Shown: positions 13,301-27,842, counted from the first letter of the stretch. The stretch: 64,000 nucleotides of DNA from Microbotryum violaceum (GCA_001244265.2 CDLV01000006.1:1612001-1676000); one strand, 5' to 3'. Translations and numbers: made by a program. The notes: generated by a model from the letters alone, not told the origin.

Positions 13301-14354
13301 CCGATGCCCCCCTCCTGGCGCACGATCGCAAAGAGCTTGTCGAACGCGCCCTCGAAGGCGAGCAATTTTTGAATGTCGGCGTTGGAAGTGGTGAGTGCGA
13401 TAATGAGCAAGAGTGATTCTGTTTGGGTACGTTTGATGTCAGTGGCAGTTCTATGCTTCACGATGAGCTGTACTGACCATTTCGAATGATCTCTCTCGTA
13501 TCGTCGAGCGTCTCGACCAATCTGCCGACACCCCCCGGTGCGGTGAGGACGTGAGCCTGGACCTGGGAGGACCTGTTGGCGATCAAGACGCCGAGCAGTT
13601 GGAGTGAGAAGAAGCGGAGATAGAAATGAACGGGTGTGAGGAGGGTGAGAAGGGTGTGCAGCGGTGCGGCGGTTTGCAAGAATCCGTCGGTGTTTCGAAG
13701 ACCCGAGTCGTCTCTTACGGGCTGTGGGTGGCGTAGATGGCGATTGCGTGAATGTGTTCAGCACGGATGCGTTTTGGGCGCCAAGTCCACTCGAGTGCCG
13801 TGCGATTGACTGACCCTCGAATCGACCTCTTCGACCTCGCACAGGAGCGAGAATGTTTCGACGACGGCTTTGGCCATCTCGACGTCCTCGGGAGCATCCT
13901 CCTCCAAGACGCCGAGGAGGATCGGTAATGCACGCTGTCCGACCTCCTGTTGAATTGACAATCATCTTTATGCGTCAGTGGTCGGTCGGTGCGGGAGCGA
14001 GCATGATCGGCGCGGCGCGGGCGCGGTGGAGCGGCTGGGTGGTGAGTGAACACGTTGGTTGACGCCGAGCTCGGACGGGGCCGACGGCACACCCGAGAGC
14101 CGTCACTCGTCTCCTAATATAGGGGACTAGACCCAGAATCGCAAATCACAAGGCACAAGAACAAACAGTTCTCTCGCACGTACCGACTTCCAATCCCTAC
14201 TCAACCCTTTCAGACCCAACAAAGCGGCCCTCCTATCCTCGAGGTGGGTCCCGTTCAGCAACCTGTCACACAGCTTGTCGATCGTCTCCACGGGGGACTG
14301 CTGCGTCGCGCCTGCACTCAACGCGCCGTAGCCTCGCGCCAAGGTCGAGAACAT
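10338..14354 (-). CDS. USO1: Uso1/p115 ER-Golgi vesicle tethering factor
   Basis: N-terminus ETIDKLCDRLLNGTHLEDRRAALLGLKGLSRDW; IQKLLAFEGAFDKLF; GGIVVQDCL; VQGLCAFLLGICYEY; coiled coil ending EQEDLLVLLED..KDKQRMR plus an acidic tail. Confidence 0.93.
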
Positions 14355-14916
14355 GTTGGGCCGCGGTTGGGGTGGTGCGGTGTGCGGTGTGCGGTGTGGG
14401 GATGAGCGCTGAGCGAGGCCGGTGTTTTGAGTCGCGGAGATCAGCGAGCGGGAGTGCGAGTGCGAAGTGGGGCCAAACAAGCCAACACACACCGAGTGAG
14501 AACACACCGAGTGAGTGGCTGTGAGTGGTGGTGGTGGGGGCCATTACCGAAGCGCGCAAATGCTCGACAATCGCCGTTCCTAATGCGCCCTAATTAGTCA
14601 GCGCGGATCGACTGACCGCGCGCTCGTTGCGCTCGTTCGCCGCTGGATCACCTCTCCCCGAACACGCCGAGCCACAACTCGTCGGCTCAAGCAATTCTCG
14701 GCTCTTTGGAGGAGCGAGCGAGCCCTGACCCCGGAGAGCATCCTTTAGCGCACCACAATACCTCACCGCGGTCACTTTCCCACCCCACCCCACTGGGGAT
14801 AGGCGACAAGTTGAGCCACCAATCGTCACCGGCGAACAAAGAATTCCAGCTCCACCTTTGCGCGGGATCACGTCGGCGGCTTGGCTTCAGAGTGCAGCCC
14901 CTTGAGAGCCGCGACT

Positions 14917-16043
14917 AGTCAGTAGCCAGACTGACCTCACCTCCCACTCCACCCCCAAGCTCACCCTCCTCCCCTCCCCGACCAGTGAACGCGCTCTACA
15001 CCCACGCCTTACGACAATCCACCTCGCTCCAATCCGACCTCGCCGCGCTCGAATTAGCCTACACCTCCCAAACCCAGCATGCACAGATCGCACAACTCAC
15101 AGGACAGATCACCGCCAGTTTCGCCGCTCTGGACCGCACGATCGATGATTATGATCATATGGCCAGGAGGGAGATTGTCGAGGTCAAGAGGGACAAGGCA
15201 CTAGCGTCAGTCAGCGTATCCAGCGGGCTTCCCTGATGGTGGATTCCCCCCCCCCCTGAATCCATGACGAGCCCCTTGAACAAAACAGTCGAGTCACACG
15301 GTTTAGGGAAGACTATTCCGCACTGAGGAAACAGTACGACCAAGTCAAGGCCGTCGGATCAGCCGCCGTAGGTCGCCCGCTCTCTCTCTCCTCTTGCACA
15401 AGATCCTGATCCTCCCCACCGACAGAAAGCGAACCTGGACCGCTCCTCTCTCCTCCCTTCCACTTCCGCTTCAACATCCTCCTCCTACTCCCCCAACCCG
15501 ACCACCAGCAGCACCGCGCAAACGTCCTCCCTCTCCTCCTCCCTCGGTGCCCCTGCCCAACGCTTGAACCGACAACCGTCCCTGGTTCCCGAAAGCCCCT
15601 TCTCGATCAACATGGCCCCCTCCCCCTCCTCCGACGGTTCAGGAAGATGGACGACGAACAACCCACCTGGATACGATTTGAGGACCAATCGCGCCCTAGA
15701 CGAACACGATAGGTTCGGAGGGATCAATTCGAGTCTGGATGGGTTCTTGGCGCAAGGGCAGGCCGTGATGGGTAATTTGGCGAATCAGAGGGATTTATTG
15801 AAAGGTAGGTCCTCCAGCATATCTTCCTATGCCTGTGTACCAAGGCCCTGACTTATCAACCCCCCTCCCCAACTTATAAAAGGCACCCAACGACGTCTTC
15901 TCTCCGCGGCCAACACCTTGGGTCTCTCGAGGGAAACCATCACCTTCATCGAACGGCGGACCAAAGCAGATTATTACATCCTCCTGGGAGGCGGCGCGTT
16001 TACGCTCGTATGTTTTTATTTCATCTTGAAATACTTTGGCTGA
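14917..16043 (+). CDS. BOS1: Qb-SNARE Bos1/membrin (GOSR2)
   Basis: MNALYTHALRQSTSLQSDL..IDDYDHMARREIVEVKRDKA..LDGFLAQGQAVMGNLANQRDLLKG|TQRRLLSAANTLGLSRETITFIERRTKADYYILLGGGAFTLVCFYFILKYFG*, i.e. SNARE motif plus C-terminal TM. The ATG appears to be split by intron 14918-14985. Confidence 0.92.
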
Positions 16044-16337
16044 ACGAAGGGGAAGGGGACTGGTGGGAAACGGGGAAGGGTGGCCTATATTGTTCGAGTG
16101 ATGTGGGGCGGTTTGGAGGGTTTCGATGTGTTTCCTGTCTTTGGGTGTAACGTTTTATTACTACCTTCAACTTTCACGCTGTATTTCACTTTTGATTCAC
16201 TTGCTTTTACTTACACCTCCTTCTGTGGGGCGCGATCATCGGTATCTGAAAAAAGCTGTCTTCGAACCGAAACTATTTGCAACAGATTTCCCACGGGGGA
16301 GGTGGATAAGCTACAACAAAAGGCAAAGATGTGATGA

Positions 16338-16361
16338 GGGGGGGGGGGGGGGGGGGGGGGG
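16338..16361. repeat. poly-G tract (24 G)
   Basis: Read directly; lies between the convergent BOS1 and bZIP 3' ends. Confidence 0.9.
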
Positions 16362-17022
16362 CTGTTTGCCGTTCAATGACGAAAGGAAAAAGGGGTTCAA
16401 GTAATACAAGTGACGCAATCACGGTTGAGCTGCGGGATGCTACGACGTCTGATTTTGGTGAGAACCGAACCACCGTTGACGAGATCGAGGGCCGGAAACC
16501 CTTCAATCCCGAATCAGTCAGCACCCCAAACACCGCCCCCAATCCCGACTCATCCTCGGCACGCTCCACCCAAGCAACCCACATCTCATCATCGATGAAT
16601 GCCCCACCTCAACGCGCGATCAGCTTTTGTCCCGTCTCCGCCACTTTCAGCCCAAGAACAATCAGAGCTCATCAAAACCACAAACACCCTTTTGAAGGCC
16701 TCTTGCAAGGTTTCCAGAGGCGAGCAGGAGAGACATTGAAAGGATGGATGAAAGAGGGAGACGGAAGGAAAACCAACAGCGATGTGAGGGGAAGCGATCA
16801 TCGAGACAGACGCGATGCTCAGATGGAGTCGTTGGGAGAAGGCACAAAGAGGGAGAGTGCGTAGGGCAACATTAACCGGAAATAGGGGGGACGACTTGAT
16901 GCGATGATCGGAGGAAGGGTTCAAAGACGAAGAGCGGCGCTCTCCTGGACGAAGCGAAATGCGAACGATGAAAAGAAGATCGAAAGTCGAAAGCAGCGTC
17001 AGGTTGAATAGGAAGTCACGGG

Positions 17023-18449
17023 TCACGGGCGCTTAGTAAACGGCTGGTAGCTGGACCTCGTTCTGGTCGACGACGTAAGAGAACATGTCGTCCGACTGCG
17101 CCTGGCCAATGAAATCATCAAGGAGCGAACTCGGCGAGAGCGGATGAGCAGCGAGCTCGGTCGAGGTTGCATCATCCTCAACGGCGTTCGTGTTGAGCCA
17201 CGCGTCAAAGTCGACAAGATCGTTGCTGCCAGCAACTGAGGCGACGGGGTCGAGGCTCGCAGCCCAGTTGGTCCAGGCGCGGTTGAGGGTCGCGCCATCG
17301 ACGGCGAGGGGGGAAGACGCGGTCGAATCGAAATCGCCGACAAGATCTCGTGCAAGCTCGGATTCGGGTTGGCCTTGAGCTGAAGGCGACGCATGCGGTG
17401 CAACTGACGTGAGGCACGCTCGGTCGAGAGAGACGATTTCGACAACCTCCGCGGCAGGGAGGAAGCTTCTCGTGCGGAGAGGCTAAGGTTGTCTACTAAT
17501 GACTCATCTTTCGCGAGGTCCAATACGTCCATCGCATCGGTGGCGAGGCCATGATTGCTGCTGGCGGCCGGGTTCGAGACCGTTGACTCGACATGTGGCA
17601 GTTCGGGGAGGTTGTCCAGTGCGAGGGAAAATGGCAACCGGATCAATGACGGCGAGGGTAGTGTCGAGAGCAACGAGGGGGGCGATGTCGTCGGGAGAGA
17701 GGTAGGTGCGACAGGAGGTGCGTCCGAAGTGGACGATGAAGGCGAGGCGAGGAGGCCCTCGAGGCGCAGGAACTTGGCCTCGAGTGCGCCTAACCGACCC
17801 TTGAGGGCGGCACTTTGCCGCCGTTCGGTCTCGAGTTCAGTCTTGAGTGTTTCGTTCTCCTCGGCGAGGTGTTGCGAATCGGCTGGGGTGATGGATCGCC
17901 CGCGCGACGGACTCGAGGTGGCCGAACCTGACAGGGCCTGAGCGAGCTGGCGTTCGAGGTGCTCGATCTTGGACTCTAGACTCTCTTGATGTACGCGCTT
18001 CCGATCTCGGGATGCTTGAGCGGCAACTGAGGTAAATCAAAGGGAGCACTGGTCAGCACATGCGCTGACTACGTTTTCTGCAGCTAGTAATCGAGCTGAG
18101 ACAGGTGAGACAAGCGGGCTCGGGCAGGGACATGTTGCCCGGTCGTGGTGGCGGCGAACGGCGGCGGCGCGCGCGCGTGCAACGCACCGCCCGCCCATTG
18201 TCCCTGGCGCCAGAGACCGGTTCGGCCTTGCGTTCGCCCGTTGGCACGTAGGATGTGCATGAACTTACTCCTATTCCGCTCCATCCTCAGTTCCTTCTTG
18301 GCGATCTTATCACTGACTTTGGTACCCGTCGCTCGCTTCTTGGTCGGCGGTGTCGGTTCAGACGAGGACGAGGACGACTCGGACGAACCGACGGAACTGG
18401 CGCGTTTCCGGGACGAGCGCGTGGAGGCAGGGGAAGATGCGGGGGCCAT
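17023..18449 (-). CDS. HAC1: HAC1/HXL1/XBP1-type UPR bZIP transcription factor (unspliced stop at 17023, IRE1-spliced stop at 17033)
   Basis: ATG in ACCGCCATGG context. bZIP KKELRMERNR|IAAQASRDRKRVHQESLESKIEHLERQL spans spliceosomal intron 18027-18268. Downstream 20-nt IRE1-type intron and two alternative C-terminal frames. Confidence 0.88.
17446..17484 (-). other. Unconventional IRE1-cleaved intron (17455-17474, 20 nt) with flanking stem-loops
   Basis: Minus strand AGCCTCT-CCG|CACG-AGAAGCT and CCTCC-CTG|CCGC-GGAGG: two stems with 7-nt loops. The 3' loop matches CNG|CNG exactly, and excision restores a long acidic frame. Confidence 0.85.
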
Positions 18450-19272
18450 GGCGGTCGCTTGGTGCTGGGTGCTGGGAGTGGGTGCAACTACAGAGGATGA
18501 ATATGGAGGGTCGACCCTTTCAATCGGTGATGCGATAAGGTGTTGATGGGGATGAAAAGAGGTCGACCCTCTGCTGTAGTGCGTTGGCAGAGTGGTCGCA
18601 GGCGCCGAGTCGCGCAGAGAACGGTGTGGAATGAAAGAGAAAGCGCCAAAGGCCCGCGCTCGCCCGGGTCACTCACGATTCGGTCTCCCTTTTCGCGCCA
18701 AAGCCTCAATTACGACAGCTACATCGCTGTCACCGAATTTTGACACTGTGGCCCGGGAGCTTTCTTACCTAAACACTGTCTTTCGGTGTTCATTCTCAGC
18801 CAAACAACTTTGAGGGGCGTCAAGACTTGGAGGCGGCGGCGATCGCTCGGTCAGCACCGCCGGAGGCGGCGCAGGACCGGCACCGAGCCCCCACTGGCAA
18901 GAGCGGCACTGGGCAGCGCCAGCAGCCTGAGGCTCGGACGATCGAGTCATTGCTTGTGAGGCAGCATGTCGGACGTTTTCTCCGGAGTCAGATGGTCCGT
19001 GTATGTTATTTCTACAGCATGGCGACCTTGCAAGGACGTGAATGGTCACCTCCGACTACACCAGCGCGGCAGCTCGACCGCTGCGCGCTGCAGTGCAGTG
19101 GTCCAGCTCTTGACCTACTAGGAATCAGCGCCACCTGCAAATGCAATACTGAACGATAAATGCAAATAACAACAGGGGTGTCCTATTATTTTTTCCGTGA
19201 CTTTCAAGCGGCCCTGTGATCAGGACAAATATTCGCTTTTGAGCGCACTCTGAGCCCCGAGGCTGAACCACA

Positions 19273-22036
19273 TCAAGCGATGATCGCAAAGCCGGCGAGG
19301 CCACAAATGACGAGCACGATCACCGAGCTTTGTGCAGGTGTGATCTGCGTCGCAGTAGAGGCCTTTCCACCACCCTTCGTTCCTGACGATCCAGTGGTGT
19401 TGGTGGTTGATTCGGTCGTTGCCGGTACTCCGCCTCCGGTTGAATTCGTCAGGTTGGTGAGCGAGGGCGCAACCGTGCTGTTCCAGCAGTCTGAGCGAGT
19501 ATGAACAGAAACATCTGTCACCAGGCTTTACGTAGCACCAGACCCTCGTTGAGTGACTTACATCGCTCGAACTGAGTCGAGCAAGCAGACGATCGGGGTA
19601 AGCCAGCCCGTTGACGAGCTCGGTCGATCGTCGCGCACTTAAGGGCCAGGGGCCAGGTGGGGTCCACGGTCTGACCAGCGGTGACGTTTTGGAAGCCCTT
19701 GAGCGCGTTCGACTTGCTCGCGTCGAGGAATTTGACAGTGTCTTTTAGGTTGTAATTCAAAGTGAGGGTCGATGTGTTGGTCTGATAGCCCGTGTAACCT
19801 TGCGTGTTGTTCGGGACGGGCGAGTTGGGGAGGTAGACTGTGTGTTTTGATTGTGTTGCCCATCAGTCACAAGCTTACTAGCTGCATTGAGTTCAGCGTA
19901 AATTTGAAATATCTCTTCAACGTACTGACGATGGGGTATTCTCCTTGGCCCGTGACGGTGCCGCTCGCGACATCGCATCCAAAGAATGTCGGGCGGAGGT
20001 TCAGTCCTTGCTGGACGAAATCCATGGCGCCTCCTGGAATCGAGGGGAACGACGTGTAGTTCTCGCCGAACTGCTTTACGCGCTCCGCCGTGGCAAGAAG
20101 CGAGGTGCCGTTGGGCCAGCCGTAGGTCGTGTCGGCACTCGAATCGATCGCAACAATGACATCAACGGCACGAGCCTTCACCAGCAAGGGATAGAGGGGC
20201 ACGTTCTCACCCTGTAGTACCATCAATTGATCAGTCATTCTGGTCACATATAGTTACTCTTTTCGAGGCACAAGCTCACGTTCTCTCCACCGTCGGTGAG
20301 TTGTAGGATGCCATTGCTGGCCGACTCGAACGTAGTTGTGGAGGGGGTGAAGCCGAAGAACGAATTGGGCACGTTGGAGACGAGAGGCACCGAGAAGTTG
20401 GTCGGCTGGATATCAGCGAGATCATTGATCAACGTCGAAATGAGGGACGTGAACGTCGAAGACGAGAATTCGTTCTGGATCGCGTTGAAAAGGGCGGCCG
20501 AGGTACCAATTACGAACCCAGCATTGTCGTAATCGTTGACACAGGCCGAACCGTTGATGGGCAAGCTGTTGTTCAAAAAGGTGCCAAAGTACTCCATCGG
20601 GACACGCGCCGATAAGGTCGGATCAAAGGATCCGAACGAGTACGGCGAGAGCTCGAATTGAGTATTGCTCAAAGAGATGACCGTCGACGATTTACCCGAG
20701 GTCTGCTGCTCCTCCGAAACACGCGAGGTGGCCACTACGATGGGGTACGGCATCGCGCCATTCTGGAAGTTGGTCGTCAACTTGATGGATTGGAACAACA
20801 GGCCCTGGTCGTTGAGGGCAGTGGTGTTGAAGAACGAGTTGCGCGTTGTTCCTGTATGGCCAATAGGAGTTCAGCTTGGTGTGACCAGACATCTTGCATT
20901 GGTTGAAATTGCCCGACCATTGAAGAAGTGGAGGGAAAGCGCTCGGCCTGTAGCGACATCAAAAGTTAGTGCATGCTTAGATTGTTGCTCTTCGGTCATG
21001 TACGAACCCCAAATGTCCACGAGAGAGACGGGGAACCCCGCATTTGCCTTGGCACGAACGTCGTCGAGGATGACGTTATAGTAGTCCTTGTTCTCCCTGA
21101 TGCCGAGCAAGCCTCCAGGTGCAAGAATGTCGAGATCGAGTTTCCACCCCGGCGCTCCGTTGAGACCCAGGACCATGCTATAGAGATCGGTCGGTCCCAA
21201 GTCGTTCAGAGCAACGGAAGAGACGGCCCATGATCCTCCCGAGAGACCACTGAGGTACGAGGAGAGCTGCAGAAGAGGTCCGGCGTAGGTCGTGTTCCGA
21301 GCATCGAGACCAGCGAGGGTGCCGACACAGTACTGGCTTGCACGAAGTCCACCACCAGAGCATGCGAGGGAGCTATCAAAGTGGGGCAAGTCGAGTTTCC
21401 GGGCGTCAGCATGTCAGCCCTCGCGCTCGTGACTCCGCCCCCACCCGCGGCCGAGGTCGATCAAGGCCGAGCGCCCAGACGTCGATAGATCGACGGCGGA
21501 AGTGCAAGCGCCAAGGTCCAAGGATGTTTCATGAAACTCACACCTGCGGCACGGCATTGATTATGGCCGAAGTGTTGTAACCAGTATCATTGCCATCCCC
21601 GAGGTAGCTGGACCATGTCCCACGCAGCACATTGTTCCTCGTGCTCATGTACGCCGCCTCTCGCGGCTCGAGCGTTTGGTTATTTGAGAGCGGAGAACCG
21701 GTGCGGTTCAGTAGAGGCGTGGAAGGGCATGAGACGAGACGGGGGGCATCTGTAGATGGAAGGTAAGGCAGAAACCTGGCTTGAGCTGATCCCAGCTTCT
21801 TCTCGCACAAGAGAAGAGGCGAGTGCGATTTCCCACACGAGAAGAGGTGGGTGCGATCTCGCACATGAGAAGAGGTGGATGCAAACTCCCACACGAGCTC
21901 GTCGAGATCCGTTCGGTCGGCGTGCGACGCGCCGCGGATTGCCTCGAGGTCCTCATTCACTCCTGAACTCACATGAGACTGCCTGTGCCGTAACATACGT
22001 GCTGAAGGTGAGCACGAGGTAAGGAATCAACGTCAT
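19273..22036 (-). CDS. PLB1: Secreted, probably GPI-anchored lysophospholipase / phospholipase B
   Basis: Signal peptide MTLIPYLVLTFSTYVTAQA; SGGGLRAS, catalytic GLSGGSW, LTDGGEN, VDVIVAIDSSADT; Ser/Thr-rich tail and hydrophobic end VIVLVICGLAGFAIIA*. Confidence 0.92.
21801..21898. repeat. ~28-bp minisatellite, ~3.4 copies, in the first intron of PLB1
   Basis: Units CTC(G/C)CACA(A/C/T)GAGAAGAGG(C/T)G..TGC.A. repeated in tandem. Confidence 0.75.
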
Positions 22037-22282
22037 GGCTGTCGGGTATCTCGTCCACTCTCGTTCACACGTGCGTGGACTTGTCCACTCGTGCAGAGAA
22101 GCTGAAGGTGAGAGAGAAGCTGAGGAACATCGTTTGAGCTTCAAGTGTTCCAAGTGGCATCACCGCCGCACCCTCGGCCTCGACGTTTGATCCTCGGACT
22201 CTGTTCTACCCAAACCATGAGAAAACAACTAAGAGGACACCAGACGGAGTCGTTGTACAACTCAGCCTGATACGTGCACGTG

Positions 22283-22337
22283 AAGAAGAAGAAAAAGAAG
22301 AAAAAGAAGAAGAAACAGAAAAAGAAAAAGAAAAAAA
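22283..22337. repeat. GAA/A-rich purine tract
   Basis: gaagaagaagaaaaagaagaaaaagaagaagaaacagaaaaagaaaaagaaaaaaa read directly. Confidence 0.8.
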
Positions 22338-22766
22338 GCGAACCCCCACACATCCCCATCCTCGAGTTTGACCTGTCCCGCCGCATTGCCCGTTGAAGCA
22401 GCTCAGCTGTTGACAGCGGGTGACCATGTTAGCAGCAGCTCGCAACTTCAGTTCGAGCGGACGGAACTACGTAGTCACACTTGGTGTGCATAAAACTCAC
22501 TTTTTGTGGAGAACGTTGTTGATTCATTGATACCCGTCATGACGTCACCGATTGGCGGACAAGAAAACTCCCTGTGACGCCAAATCCCGAGGTGGAGGCA
22601 AAGGTGGTGACGTAGAGGTGGATGACGTAAGCAAGAGGTTGACGGTGCGGTGAAGAGGAGGTTGATGGTCAAGATCAAGGTCAAAAAAGAGCGTGCATGA
22701 AATGAGGTTAAATCAAAGGTGTTGGAATCAGCGATGATCCCGAAATGATCAAGAAAAGAATAAGAA

Positions 22767-22839
22767 CGGCTGGACCAGGAGTCGAACCTGGGTCGCTTCC
22801 ATTCATTGGAAAAGCTTTGACCAACTAAGCTATCCGGCC
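22767..22839 (-). tRNA. tRNA-like gene or pseudo-tRNA (possible SINE head) with a non-canonical anticodon loop
   Basis: Minus strand GGCCGGA TA GCTT-AGTTGGTCA-AAGC T TTTCC-AATGAAT-GGAAG CGAC CCAGG-TTCGACT-CCTGG TCCAGCC G. Cloverleaf with intact A and B boxes, one acceptor-stem mismatch, no U33 in the anticodon loop; TTTT about 10 nt downstream. Confidence 0.65.
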
Positions 22840-22918
22840 CCTGATATCAGTGCAAGGTCTACTAACACCTTCAACACTTCCCCTTAGACCTTTGCACTGT
22901 TGCCAGGCTATTGCATAG

Positions 22919-25928
<3,010 letters not shown>

Positions 25929-26049
25929 TGCGTCGACTCTAAGTCCCAATTGGACTCTGTGTCAAGCTTCTGCGGCATCTCCGGTAACTTTGTGCAGCGT
26001 CATTGGAAAGATTTACATGAAAGGTTCTATAATAGATCCTCACAAAAGG

Positions 26050-26340
26050 TAGAGGTACAATGGGGAGGAACTGACGTAGAGGTGAAGGCAAGGGATGAAG
26101 GTGGAGGTGATTCGAGGTGGAAGCGAATGTGATGGTGATGGGGAAGGATGAAGGGTGAAAGTGAAGACGAGAATCGGACGTGGAGGTGAGGATGGTGATG
26201 AAGGTGGGGATGGTGTGATGTGCCAGTGTGAAGGTGATATGGTGTGAAGGTGGTGTGAAGGGGAGGTGGGGTGAAGGTAGTGTGAGGGTGGTGTGATGTG
26301 AAGGTGGATGCAAAGGTGAAGGTGAAGGTGAGAGCAAGGT
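26050..26340. repeat. G-rich degenerate repeat (GGTGAA/GGTGAT/GGTGTG units)
   Basis: About 300 bp almost free of C on the + strand, e.g. gaaggtgaaggtgaaggtgag. Confidence 0.8.
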
Positions 26341-26910
26341 CAGCCCAAGCCCGGCGTACAAGGTCGGGTCCGGCCGATGATGCCGCAGGCTGAGCTGCGC
26401 TGGCGGTGGCAGTGCATGCTCGGAGGTGGCCACAAGCGGAACTGACCCGATACAGTGACAACCAAAAACCTCTCCCAAACTCTATACCTCGCAAGACGAC
26501 CAGGACTGCCGTGGGCCCCTCTTCGATCAAGAGCGAGATCGGAGGCTGGTGACGATCCGAGTCAAGACCAGAGGAGGGCAGTGCCCAAGTCAGCGACGGT
26601 GGTACATAGGAGGTGAACTCACGGTGGCTGATGGTACACTACTGCCGACTTCCACCACCTACCGCCTCGGTGCTGCGTCGATGCGCTAGTCGGTTTCGGC
26701 CCAGTGGTGGAGGAGCCATGTGAGAGGTACTCATCAACGAAGAAGAAGGAAGGAGAGAGAGAGGTGGGAGTCATGTTGAGGGGTCAGAAGATCGAGCTGA
26801 TGAGCCAGGAGCGCGCCGGTCCCCGTCACGCGCAACCTGTTCACTTCTGACGCGACAAACACCTCGGGTACTACCCTCGCACTCCCTCATCTTTCGATCT
26901 CTCACCGACC

Positions 26911-27842
26911 ATGACGATCGCACACGCACACAAACTGCTCGACCAGGAACTCCTCACCGTTCCGGAAGCCCTATTGGGTCAGCATCAAGACGTGCGACAG
27001 GCGTTGGTTTCGCTGGTAGGCACCGTCGATGGCGAGTCCGAACACACCGTCGCTGCTGGTTCAACACTCCACCCACCGATGAACACCCTCCCCCCTCCCC
27101 CTCCCACCACCACACACACATCCGGCTGTCTACTAGTCGTGATTCTCGACGGCTCGACGCTGTTCTCCTCCGAGTGGTTCTCGGCCGCTCGGAGCGGCAC
27201 CTCGCAACAAAAACAAACGCAACGGTTCGTCGGCTCAGTTCGTGCAGAGGCGGATCGCATCGTCGCGGCGACGGCCGGACAAATCCACCTCGTGATCGTA
27301 TTCGACCACGCTTCGGCTCGTCCGGCCTTGAAGGCCCGTACCCACACGTCGAGAGACAACGGGAACGGCGTCCGGCGCTCGCCCCAAGTCTCTCCCGACA
27401 ATTTCCAAAGGAGAAGCTCCGACCGGAACACCGACCCTACGACCAAATGGGTCACCAATTTCGGCGGTCAAGGCGAGCTGGCCTTAGCGGGACACGTCCT
27501 CGACATGTCCTCGGAGGTCACCGTCGTCATCTCGGCGCACGAAGCCGACCCCCTGATCGCGGCAAGCACCCGACTCGGGGTCATCGGCGGCGTACGCGTT
27601 CAAGGCGACCGTACTGTTGGCCAGCAAGGATTCGGACTTCTTGCTGATGATCGGAAGCGAACGTGAACGCTACCGTATCATTCCTTCCGTCAAGCATCGC
27701 ACGACTCGAGTCATCGACCTCGAGATCCTCGAACGTCAGGGAAAGTTCCTCGGTGCGGAAGGAAGGTTTGTTGCGGGGTTGATGATGGGATGCAACTACC
27801 TGCCAACCGGTATCAAAAGTTTACGGTCCCGCCAGGCTCCAA
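26911..27842 (+). pseudogene. XPG/FEN1-type PIN nuclease gene fragment, frameshifted (left arm of palindrome)
   Basis: MTIAHAHKLL..LVVILDGS..LVIVFDH..LKARTHTSR..ISAHEADPLIA, then in a shifted frame LASKDSDFLL..GLMMGCNYLPTGIKSL. This is the order of XPG-N, XPG-I and H3TH motifs (VFD, EAD, SxDSD, GCDY..GI). Confidence 0.7.

Noticed and set aside
16423-16569. Bulged stem in the bZIP 3' UTR as an Ire1-targeting element
   Set aside because: The pairing needs several bulges in GC-rich sequence, and the UTR extent is unknown.
25939-26530. His/Pro/Thr-rich minus-strand ORFs as real proteins
   Set aside because: They are by-products of the G-rich low-complexity repeat.
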